Under the pieces are notes generated by a model that saw only the letters and a list, made by a program, of their open reading frames with translations, did no database searches and was not told the DNA's origin. Positions 12,960 to 24,444 of a stretch of 64,000 nt of DNA are shown one piece after another. A program made the translations under genes and the position numbers. Position 1 is the stretch's first letter. Each line of letters opens with the position of its first letter. This stretch comes from Paramecium tetraurelia (lineage: Eukaryota), in contig CT868649.1 of NCBI GenBank assembly GCA_000165425.1, positions 186,001 to 250,000 of the forward strand. The letters are read 5' to 3'.

Positions 12960-13945
12960 ATGTCTGATTATTAGTAAAAGACTTTACGATTTCTTACTGT
13001 TTTCTAAGATTTACCTTGGACTCCTTATTATAGTTGATAAATTTCAGAAGTCGTAACTTTAAATAAAACCTGAAGTGTTTAAAACTTTTTTGTATAAATT
13101 ATACGTTCTATCATTTTTATATTGTTGCAACATAATTATGATTTTCTATAAATGTTGCTTTATATATTTATCTGCATGGCAAATCACTAATAAGGAATAA
13201 AATACATATAATAATAGAAACATTCAATGAAAATTGGCCATACTCCATTTTTATATTTATACTTGAATAAATCCTCTGCAATTAAGGCAAAATATTCCCA
13301 AATCACATAAGAGGTCTGAAGATAGATTTCTAATCCTTGCCTTAATTTGACTACTTTAATATTTTTCCTTACAATAGCATATTTCATAAGTTATTTCATT
13401 ATTGAAAATGTATTTGTAATTAGTGTTTCCTATAATCATTTCATAAGGTAGGCCAAAATCTATTCTATTTTTTATTTTTAAATCAAAACAATATTTATAG
13501 CCTGACTTCAACATGCCACTATTTAATTCTCTTTTCAGTTCAGCAGAAGATTACACTTTAAATTATGTAAATCAATAAAGATTATCAAATTTTATATAAA
13601 CACCCTTAATCTAAAATAATTTTTACCATTGTCTCACTTTTAAAGATATGCGAAATGTATAATATAACAGAATTCATTTATCATTTCCTATGTCTTTAAA
13701 AAATAGTGAAATTCCACTTTCACAAAGACTAATATCTTTTGATGATTATTAGGTAGCATATTATTAAAATTGTTCCTATAATTTGCGCTTTATTTTTGAA
13801 TATCTAAAACATAATTGGTAGCCTTTTATAAATTCCATTAGGTTTGTTTGAGAATTTCTCTTGTTCATAAGTTGTTTAATTGAATAATTCATCATAGATC
13901 TTGAATCATTATATCTTCTTGAGCTTAATTAGATCTTGATCTCAT
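12960..13945 (-). pseudogene. probable decayed gene (UBA-like plus degenerate RING; possibly RBR/Ariadne-like)
   Basis: ATG at 13945, then TGAs in all frames. Fragments REILKQTQWNLQKATNYVLD (UBA-like) and EITYEICYC. Family assignment is weak. Confidence 0.3.
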
Positions 13946-13965
13946 TAATTAAAAAATAGAAATAA

Positions 13966-14970
13966 TCAATATTTATATTAAACTGTTTTTGAATGAATGC
14001 GAGGTTCAATCGTAGAATAAGGACTCTCATCTCTAGATCTACAGACATCAAGAGTGAGTTTTCTCTTTACTAACTCTAAATTGAAAACAGGTTGTTAATT
14101 TTTATTCTTTCTTTTTTTAAGTATAAAATCGTTTAATTGTTTGCATTGATTTTATTATTCGTATTGCTTCTTATGATGAAATATGTACTTTAATTTTATG
14201 AAAATAATCAGAAATGAGCTATTATTATTCCTTTAGCTATTCTTGAAGTTATTAGATTAATGCTTACTATTTTTAGGCATCTAAATTTGAAGTTATATTG
14301 AATCTCTTGATACATCGTTTTAGATTCAGATTTTCCTTTTTTAATTCAGCAATCTCCCTTTCATTTTCTAGAATTTTATTATCCCTATTATTAAATGTAA
14401 TAATACTTGCTATTCTACTTTTTATTTTAGGGCTCTTTCAGCTTCTTATAAACTGGAAATCAAACTAGAATGATCTGGAATTTTTGGCATTACCAGTAAA
14501 TTAGAATCAAAATCATCTTATTGTATTTTTAAACCTAAGTCTGAATTATACAATCGCAGACAAACAAAATAACTGCATAATCGATTAGCCTTTAATCTAA
14601 GCCTATTTGATAATGTTGTGAGGGATTCAATTTCTTATTCAAGTTCAAGTAGCAAATTTTAATCCACATTGTTTTGTTTTTGAAGTACCTCTTGTTTTTC
14701 TAGTTCTTATAATTTGGCCAATAACTATTGAATGATAGTTTCTTGGTCAAGAATGAGCTCATTTTTAGAATCTGCTTATTGTTAAAGTGCAATGGTTTTA
14801 GCTTTTTGATTTATAACTTCCTATTTATCTTTGAGAATGGAATCCTACAACTCCTCTTGCACTTATGAAATCATGGTTTAGATGGAATCTAAAAGCTAAC
14901 CCTTTTTTTGTGTAAATTTGTTTTCGAATTATACTTTATTAGAAGCTTTGATTCTATATGCTTCCTGCAT
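13966..14970 (-). CDS. coiled-coil hypothetical protein
   Basis: MQEAYRIKASNKVQFENK..; Q/E/K/L-rich heptads; probable intron at about 14385-14406; ends ..HSKTVQYKY-TGA. Confidence 0.6.
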
Positions 14971-14991
14971 TATTTTAAATCAATTTAATTC

Positions 14992-16150
14992 ATGAGTAAA
15001 AAAGCAGAAAAAAAGAAGTAGGAAAAAGTAATCGCAGACAGAACATTTGGACTAAAAAATAAAAATAAGAGCAAACAAGTTTAAAAGTATGTGAGATAAA
15101 AGTGATTTTTAGTTTCTGTAAAGGAGTTGCCCAATAAGTAAAATATAGTGGTGTTTCATTATCAAAATTGTAAACAGAGGAGTATGAGAAGAAGAAGTTA
15201 GAAAAATAATTGGAAGAAGATGAAAAATTGATTCAATCTTTGTATAAAACAGTTGAATAAGTGAAAGAAGATGAATCTGAAGAAGAAGTTGATCCCAAGT
15301 CAATATTGTGCGAATATTATAAATAAGGTAAAAAGTAATTAAATGGGTAGGTCTTTGTTAAAAGGGTAAGAAATGTATGTACTCTCATGATATGAGTCTG
15401 GAATAAAAGACAGCAATTCTTGATTTATATACTGATTAAAGATAATAATTGGCAGATGAATGGGATACTTGTTAGACATGGGATGAAAAGACATTGAAAG
15501 ATGTAATTGAAGCCAATGAAAAGACTTATAAAAGGTATTTAGATGTATTAAATAAAATAGTTAAATTCCATCAGCTAAAGTGTGTGATTTTTTTTTGGAT
15601 GCTTTAGAAAAAGGTAAATACGGGTGGAGATGGGTTTGTCCTAATGGTATGACCTGCCATTATAAACATTGTTTGCCACAAGGATATGTGTTTAAAAGGA
15701 AGGAAGAACTTAAATAAAAATATGATGGAGATATTGAAGAAGAAATTGATGAGGAAATTTAGAAGTTGTAAAAAGGAGGGACAAAAATTACTAAGGAGGT
15801 CTTTGAAAAATGGAAACTAGAAAGAGCTGAAAAAAAGAAACAGGAGGTTGAAAAATAAAAATTAGAAGAATAAAAGAAGAAGGGTTTAAATTATTTATTT
15901 AAATTTAGGTGCTAAATAAACAGGTGGAAATGCTTAAATGACTGGAAGAGCTCTTTTTGTTTATGACCCAACTTTATTCGTAGATGATGATGAAGCTGAA
16001 AACCAATATGAAAGAGAAGAGTAAATTGATGAGAATGATGAGGAAGATGAAGATGATAATGAGAACAGATAAAAATTATACGAAGGAGATCATAATCAAT
16101 AATAAGATGAAGAGGAAGAAGATTAATAATTTAAGCAACAATAATCATGA
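14992..16150 (+). CDS. ZC3H15: ZC3H15/Tma46/DFRP1 CCCH zinc-finger DRG-GTPase partner
   Basis: DRTFGLKNKNKSKQVQ; DPKSILCEYYK..CQKGKKCMYSH; VCDFFLDALEKGKYGWRWVCPNG..CHYKHCLPQGYV; MTGRALFVYDPTLF. Four tiny introns. Confidence 0.95.
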
Positions 16151-16284
16151 TATATGTTTATTGTAATATATTATTTCTAATTTAAGATCTTCAATCATAT
16201 TTTATCAATACTTTTTAAATTAATAATTGCTCTTAAATTAAATTCATACAATGAATCAAGCAATATCTTTAATGCTATCTTCTT

Positions 16285-17685
16285 TCATTTCGAATCCCTT
16301 GCTCTATTATTATTGCAAAAGTGTTAAGAATTATTTAAGGTAATATCACTAGCCTTGAGATCATCATGCTTAACGAATGATTCTTGTACCTCTTACTATT
16401 CAAATTGTAATTTTGTCTAATTTAAAGTCAGTGTAATATTTTCTGGATGCTTGTAACTTGAATTTTAGTTGAGCTTCTTTTTCTTAGTACATTATAATAA
16501 GACTCTTCCAGTCTAAAATAGGACGATTGGTTGGGTTCCTTCATCAGAAATTTTAAGTAAATCTTGATCTTAGGCTAGAACATGTGTTCCAAATTTGCTT
16601 TTGTTATCTTGAATTCTAATTATGTAATCAGGTGTCTCAGGAGTATGTTTGCTTGTTGGAATTAATTTGAGAATAGCATGTGTTCTCGAAACAGATATGT
16701 CCCGTAATTTAAAATCACAATCTGGAATTCTACCCTATAAAATTACTAATTTAGAGTACAATTTTTAATTCAGTTTTTTCTCCGATCTCAACTACATATA
16801 TCATAGCCTCTTTTGTTGTATCGTCATTTGTAATCTTGAAGGTGATATAGGATGATTTTGGCAATTTAAGAACTGAATATGTTTTATCTTAAAATTTGTA
16901 AATGCTCCTAAATGTGGCTTTACATATTTCAAAATCTAATCTCTTCCATAGATACTATATAGAATGCTCTTCATATTTAATTTTCAATTCTATTCGTACC
17001 CAACTTTATAGACACTCCAAATGTATGTATTTAACTGATCCTTCACACTTACATGGTCTTATCAAAGGATTAGTTTCAGTGGCTCTACTTGAAAAGCAGA
17101 TTGTACAATTAAACACATCGTTTATTGTTTAAACTTCATCTTCCTATTCATCCTAATATTGTGTTGCCTCATCACAGGGTGTCATAAAAGAATATTCCAA
17201 TAATTCCATTCTCACTCTTCCTAATTTTATTATGTCTCCTATTTTTAAATCTCTATGCTAATTATATAATTTAATTTATACTTCGATGGATGAAAATTAA
17301 TTGCTTTCTAATTTCAATACCGCCCATAATTTATGATCCTGCTATTCAGATATACAATTTATATAGGCATCCTATTCATTCATCGTAATGTTCACCAATT
17401 CAGTTGAATTTTCAGCCTATTCCGTTTAGGTTAAAGCCACTAGTTCTTTGTCCACTGTTGCTATTAAAGCTAAAAGAGAATATCTTATCAAAATACATGA
17501 AAAATCAACTTCGATTTCTTTTACAAAATATGAATTGGAATCAAAGTCAAATAATTTATGCTAATTCTCTGGCCAAATTACTGCCACTATATGGACTCTA
17601 AATTAATAATATTTTCCTACTTGTACGGCATCAAAGTTCTGTTTATTTCATATCTTTTTACTTTTGATGGTGTGCAAGCTCTCAT
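16285..17685 (-). CDS. FHA + RING-CH (RINGv) domain protein, putative E3 ubiquitin ligase
   Basis: CTICFSSRATETNPLIRPCKCEGSVKYIHLECLQSW; FHA GRIPDCDFKLRDISVSRTHA..DNKSKFGT; N-terminal WPENQHKLFDFDS. Confidence 0.9.
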
Positions 17686-18099
17686 CTATTAATATATTTT
17701 TATTAATTAAATATTTTTGTTATTAAAGTAGGAATCCAATTAATAAACGCTACAGATCCCAAATAGATTGCTTATTCACTTCAATTTGTAATAAAATATT
17801 TTTAGAAGAATATATAATTTTACAAATAGTTTATAGCTCTCTAAATTTATAAGTCTCTTATTCCTAATACTTATATAGCTCTATAGAATATGCCTCATTT
17901 CTAATTTAGAATTAATTGTTAAGCTTTCCATGTTAATTGTTGTTCTGATTAGCATACAAAATAAAAGTGATTCATTCAGGTAAATGGCTCTGTTTATTTC
18001 AATTACAGATTTTCTTGGCTGATATCAATCATTTAAATATTCAGTAGAATTAAATTACTTCTGTATAACATCATGCAACTCTCATTTTTATTAAATAGA

Positions 18100-19798
18100 T
18101 AAATGAAAATTATTATTAAGTCAAGAACTTTTTTAAGAACCTAATAATTTGGTATTTTATTTTTTCCACTTAAAAAAATGTAGAACAAATGAGAAAGAGT
18201 TTCTAAATAATTTTTGGAATTGATAGCCGTAAAGAAAAAAGAGAACCAATTATTTAAGAGAGAGTTTAACAAGAGTTTGTGTTTGATTCTTAAAAGAGTG
18301 AATAGCATTAAAACTAATTTTTAATGATGAATCTATAAAGAAAGAGAACTAACCAATATTTATATGCTTCAGAAAGATTAAGGTCAATTTATCAAATTAA
18401 AATATAATCTAATGGATTTGAAAAGATTCCTATCATAGCTTATCCAAAAGATAATACAGAAGTAATTGGATTATTTCAAGTCATGGAAAAAAGTAAATTT
18501 GAATTTGAATCATGCTAGATGGAATTAGTAAGATCATTTTCCTCATAAGGAGAGCCTCGATAGTGGATCATTATTTGGTGAAAAATTAGCTCAAAAAAGT
18601 GCAATTATAATGACTTGTGTTAGTAAGGAAGACTTTAGACCTTACTATGCTTAAGAACAGAGTCAGGATAATGATAATATCTAATCTTAGTCTTCATAAC
18701 AGCATCATAAGAAAATAAAGTAGCCCAAAAAGCAATAAACTATTTTTGGCCTAAACAAATCTAAAGTAGAATTTATAAGAGAAGATAAAGAATAAAAATC
18801 TTAATATAATAATTCAGAATCTCACTTTAAAAGATTAGGCGGAATATTGGAGGATTATATTCTATTCTATTGCCCTCTTTTTTAAAAGATGAAAGTGTTC
18901 ATAACAAAGTCGTTCAAGATAAAAGTTTTGAGGAAAAGATGTTCAATCTAATAATAAATTCTCAAAAATATCTAAATTGAATTTTCAAATTTGAACAAGA
19001 TAAAATTTACTAATGATTTATATTTTGAGTTAAATGATTCATTCTAATAGATTGGTTTAAAAAAAACTAATTCTTAAATAAATTCTGATGATTAAACTAG
19101 TAGAAGGAAAATAACAAATACAAAATCAAATTAAATCAAATTCTGTAATGAAAAAAATCCATTCATCATCTGGGATGATGATAATCTTTCATTAAACAAT
19201 AGATTTTCAACTCCTTGGTAGAGTTCAAACCTTATGAAAGTTTTTTTTAATGAATTTGATGATTATAATAGAATTTCTGAAAATATATAATTTGAAGATA
19301 ATGGAAAATAATTGGAAAATCAAGAAAAAAGATGATCCTCTTCTATTGAATAATATGGAAATATCTCATTTGGTAATTGCGATCTCGATTTATCTAAAGA
19401 TCAATAATTAAGAAAAAATGAAAAATGAGGAGGGCTCTCCTTAAATTTAATAGTTATTTGACACTTTTGTAAACTCAAAGTTTAATTTTGAAAATCATAC
19501 TCCCATATCAAAAGAAAAAGCAATAAATAAATAACAACAAATAGATTTCTCAGAACGAACACCTGTATTTAAATAATAAGAAGTTAAAAACTAAACTTTC
19601 AACTAAGATAAAAATGATAAAACTTAAAGAGAATCACCATTTAGTCCAAAATCAAAAAATAATAAATTATTGGATAAAAAAAGAAGAGAATAGAAATTTT
19701 AAGGAATAAATAAAAAAAATCTTGCATTGGAATTTGATTCTCAAGAAAATTAATCTCCAAATAGATCTAAAAATAACTAATTATAAGTAATTCAATGA
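18100..19798 (+). pseudogene. hypothetical gene with internal TGAs and a frame change (disrupted or truncated)
   Basis: Long coding-like frame with a 22-nt intron at about 18527. In-frame TGAs at 19333 and 19426. Coding-like sequence resumes in another frame up to TGA at 19796-19798. Start not resolved. Confidence 0.4.
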
Positions 19799-20604
19799 TC
19801 ATGTGTTTTGAATGTAAATAGCAAATTTGTATTATTACTATCAGTATGATGTGATTTTTTCTTTTATTACCATTGTTCTAATTCTACAATTTTTTAATCC
19901 TTTCTTGTTATTTATCTTTCAAATTATCTTTTTAATCTAGTTTCCTATTCTTCCAATTCAAATTCTAAAAATTAATTTAAATTATACACATTTATTGTTT
20001 TTAATCATTTAACTACTTTGAGAGAATTTCTTGAAATAATTTTTATTATTCCTTTAGATCAGTCTCTAATCTTTACACTTGCGACTCTAATGATTATATT
20101 TAGACTTTATCATTTTAAGAGGTTCTGAATTTATTTTAAGATATACTTTCTTAATTGAGTGTTTTCTTCTTCCAATATCTTGATTTTATTTCCATAATGC
20201 TATTCAATAGTTTTTAGTCTTTCGACGATATTAATAGAGGAACTTGCTTGATTTGGCGATGACACTCCTGAATTTATTGGACTGTTAACAACAATAGATT
20301 ATTGTTATGGCTGATTCTTTTCAAAAGTTTATGTTTTTATTTATTGTCTGCTTCTAAAGATTCTATAGGAGTTGGCATTTTCTATAATATCAGACTTTTT
20401 TAAATGAGAATTCTCCAGATTCGAAACAGGTGTATATTGAATATTGTTAATAATTTCCTCTTACTATTTCGTAGGTTATTCTGAGTTGGCTATGGATTTC
20501 GGTAGTGTTCTTTTTATAGTATTTATATTTGATTCCTTAAGTAATTTTAGAATAGTTTCATCGAATTTGTGGAGATATGTATTCACCTATTCTAACTTCT
20601 TCAT
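19792..20604 (-). CDS. coiled-coil hypothetical protein
   Basis: MKKLEQVNTYLHKFDE..; introns of 22 and 23 nt restore the frame; C-terminal coiled coil IQSLESQVQRLETDLKEQQ. Confidence 0.75.
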
Positions 20605-20633
20605 TTAAATTATTAATATATATTTAATTGATA

Positions 20634-21183
20634 TCATTTTTCATTATTAGCTTCTTGAGTAGGCTTTTCATTCTTTGTTTAATCACCTTTCCTCCAATAA
20701 TTATCTAAGGCCTATTCCATTTTGGATTTTCCTAAATAATAAAAGATGTGATATACTTTGTAGATCCTTGGCTATTTTATAAACATCTGAATTAATTCTA
20801 TTCTTTCTTCCAGTTTTGATGAACCTTTATTTCTTTTCACCCTACCCAATTATAATAAGATTTACATTCTAATTATTTTATTTGAACCCAAATCTTCTTC
20901 TTCGCTATGTATTTTGTTATGTAAATCCTTATCCTTTTTAATTTCCTCTTCCTCTTTGAGGTCTTCCTCCTCTACTTTAATTTTGGTTTCTTGGTCTATT
21001 GTAACCTGAACTTTAATTTTAATTTGATGATCTCCTAAACTAATTATCTTTAAAGTTTCCTTGTTGATTATTGGACCTGTAATTATTATTTCTATTTCCT
21101 CTGAAATTTTAATTTCCTCCTCTGAATGGTCTGCTATTAGTATTTCCACCTCTCCTTTTCCAAGTCCCGCTAAATTATCTCAT
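20634..21183 (-). CDS. small RG/RGG-rich protein with CHTOP/ALYREF-like C-terminal motif
   Basis: RRGGN..FRGGN..SRGGRPQRGRG; C-terminal KSKMEQALDNYWRK; two introns (24 and 25 nt). Confidence 0.7.
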
Positions 21184-21287
21184 AAATAAATTATACGAAT
21201 CAATTAATCGATTTTTCAAAACTATATATACATCAGGAATAAGAGATTTGTTTAGAACATACAAAAATTACAGACATTTCATAACAA

Positions 21288-21791
21288 TCATAATTTAAAC
21301 TTTTCCAATTGTTCCACCATCTATTATGTGTCAGTGACTGAAGACTTAAGTTTGATGATCCAATAACTTAGAAAGCTTTGTAATTCGCATTTCATTTGAC
21401 AAAATCTTTATTCATAATTTTCATCTGGTTTCAATTTCTTCTTTTGAGTTTCATTAATCAACTCTTATGGCTAAGCCTTCTTTATTATCTTTATTTCAAA
21501 TGTTTATTTATTTGGTTATTCTGTGCTAGGCTAAACAAAGGTCTAAGTTGGAATTGCATTTTGAGTGTTTTTATCAATTTACTATGTTTGAGAACTCTAT
21601 TGCTATTCTGATATATTCTTTAATTATGAGGCCATTGCCACTTATTTATCCAGGTTTGCCACTCCTTTAGTATCCTCTATTATCTATAGCAATTATCTGA
21701 TTTTTTCACTTTCAGATCTAAACACCGTTTGAGGCTTCACTTTTTTACAATACGCCCTTTTAATAGCTTTTTTTGGTTGATTCTGATCCAT
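21288..21791 (-). CDS. 167-aa hypothetical protein
   Basis: Intronless ORF MDQNQPKKAIKRAYCKK..EQLEKFKL-TGA. Confidence 0.7.
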
Positions 21792-22030
21792 CTTTCGAAT
21801 ATAGTTTGATTAGACAACTTAAATAATATTTCATGCTATAACAAATTCCTAAATTGAAAAGGTAAAATAAAACAATGCTTTGTAAATTGCCTTTATATAA
21901 TATTCAAAAATAAACATATTATTTGTTATAAATTTTGACTTTTGCAAAATTAAAAAAGAGTTAATACCCTCTGAGATCTTTAATAAAGAGGATAAAAAAG
22001 ATATGATTAATATTATTAAATAAATATATT

Positions 22031-23364
22031 TCACTTTAAAATTTATCTAGGGGTGTTCAGGGTATTCAATTTAGCCAAAAGGAGATTTTTTTAATTGGCA
22101 TCAACATGCACAGTTGTATTTTTATTTGCCAATAAGCTCACAATCAAATTTCTAATTATTAAGCAATAAATTACTTGTTTTATTGATTTACATGAAAAGT
22201 ATTTGCTTTGAATTCCCTCTTTTAATTGAATCGTTATTTTTAGTATTAGATATTTCTAGTTGTTTTTGGTGATTCAATATGTTTTTAGAGACTCCTTAAA
22301 GAAGTATTACCAGTGATTGGTTTTGTATTCATTTAATTTCTTAATTCTAGTTTTACTTTAACTCTTTATTGTACTGTAATAATAATTAATTTTACATAAG
22401 GTTAAAATCTGAGCATGGTGGGTTTTGGGTGAATTACCAGTATTATCAGAGGTTTAAAAATTTTATATTAGATCGCTCTTTTTCTATAATAAATTCTAAA
22501 ATTTATATTGTCTAGGTGTTTCACTGGTGGCTTTTTATTAATTTATAAGTGAATTAATATTTTTAAGTTTCTCATGTGTTATGAATTATTGCAATCTTTC
22601 TTCCTTTATAATGCATTGCTAATTATGGAATACTTATTGTAAATTAGGTTGTTTTTTCATTGAATTAGCATTTAAAACTGAAACAATTGCATTTATATCA
22701 CTTTGTTAAGTTTGTGTCCTTTATTTTAACTCGGTAGTCAATTCATCCAAAACATTACCAACAACAACTCCTGATTCCTGGGATGATTTTGGAGAACTTT
22801 AGGATTCTTAAGGCTATTCTCCTACAATGCCTTTTGGAGTTCTGTTTGGATTTTATTGGTTTTCTTATTCAATGATATGTTGTATTTTATAGTACTCTAA
22901 TTTTCTCCTTTGATTGTAAAATTCATTTAAAATGATAACAATTTATTCATTAACGGCCCACCTTGGAATATCCTTATGAAACTGCAAATGTAATGAGTTA
23001 TGATTACCTTATAGAATTCAACTAAAATCTTAATCTTCTTTGGATATGATGATACCGTGTATAGTTTCTTACAGTGTTCGGCTTCTTCATCATATTATTA
23101 CAAATCCTTTGAAAATTTGAATATACTATACTTTAAACCAAATTGTGGCCTTGGTTGGTTAGTTGATTATCAAATCATTAACTACTTTAGTGTAATAATA
23201 GTTTTGAGATTCAGCGTATTTATTATAAAGGGAGGAAGTGATCCTTTATGATAGAGAGACTTTCTTAAATAATAATCTAACAATGCTCTACCTTTCATTC
23301 TATACTTATCTTGATTTTTCCCATACAATACCTTTCTGCTTGGATTACAAATAAGGCATTCCAT
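22031..23364 (-). CDS. ciliate-type hypothetical protein
   Basis: Block SLYNKYAESQNYYYTKVVNDLI..IWFKD..KIKILVEFYKFHKDIPRW joined across tiny introns; low-complexity tail. First exon uncertain. Confidence 0.65.
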
Positions 23365-23630
23365 TTTGAAATAAATAATTTTAAATTAAATCAAATAACT
23401 TGCATAAAAATATATTAGTAAATAAGTTACTACTTAATTTTAATTGAATAAAATTATTAATAGAAGAAAAGCAGAATAAATAGCTGAAGTGAAAACCTAA
23501 TAAAGCTTAGAATTAAGTATTTGACTATATGATTCTGATTGTGTTTTTGATTATATATTTATAATTTATATTTTTATACTCATCATATGAAAAGTATGTA
23601 ATAATAAATAGATTTCTAATTTATTAATTT

Positions 23631-24428
23631 ATGAAATAATCCCACCAGAATAGAATGCTCTACAAATTGCTTTAATCAAAGTCATTACGCAGTATGTTTT
23701 CTCCTGGCAAGGAATCGATCATAACGGATCCAAATAGAGTCAAGGAAAAATGTCTCAAACACAACTTGAAAGTATTGATACTAATAGAATAGGCTAGATT
23801 TAGTTACAACACTTAATAATTATGTGAAATATGTGCTATTGAGTGTGCATATGATCACCAACAATTATAGCATATAAAGAGTGGAATAATTTTGCATCCA
23901 TTTTAAGAATTAAAGAGTGGAACGGCGAAAACAGAATTTGTGCAATTAAGTGAAAAAGTAAAAGAATTAAAAAATTGCAAATAAAAGTAAAGCATCTTAA
24001 TGCAATTTACTAATTAGTTGGAATTGGTTTAAGCTAAAGTTCAATCATTATTTGAGTAGGTTAATGTAATTAATACATATGGAATAACAAGATTTTAGGA
24101 AATATAGATTAAACAAATTTGTAAAAAGCTGGAGTATAGATTATTAGAATTAACACGTAATAGACAATCAGTTTCAACTTACAATTATCATTAATTTTAA
24201 ATAAAATTAAATAACTATTAAGATGATATATTATTAATGAAAAAGGATATTGAAGACAATTTAGAGAGCATCATAAATAAGATGGAAATAGTTCCATTAA
24301 ATGAAATAATCCAAAAATATCAAATGAAATTAGACTTTTATGAGAGTGAATGCAATTAGACAAGACAATTATATTAATAAATATTGAATATGTTTTATAT
24401 AGAATTATAGAGAATGAGTAAATAATGA
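23631..24428 (+). CDS. B-box-like zinc finger plus coiled-coil protein
   Basis: KCLKHNLK..LCEICAIEC..DH, then coiled coil; tiny introns; TGA at 24426-24428. Confidence 0.6.
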
Positions 24429-24444
24429 ATATAAATAATTTTAT

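Noticed and set aside
22417..22430. Telomere-like GGGTTTTGGG
   Set aside because: Single short match inside a coding region, with no tandem array.
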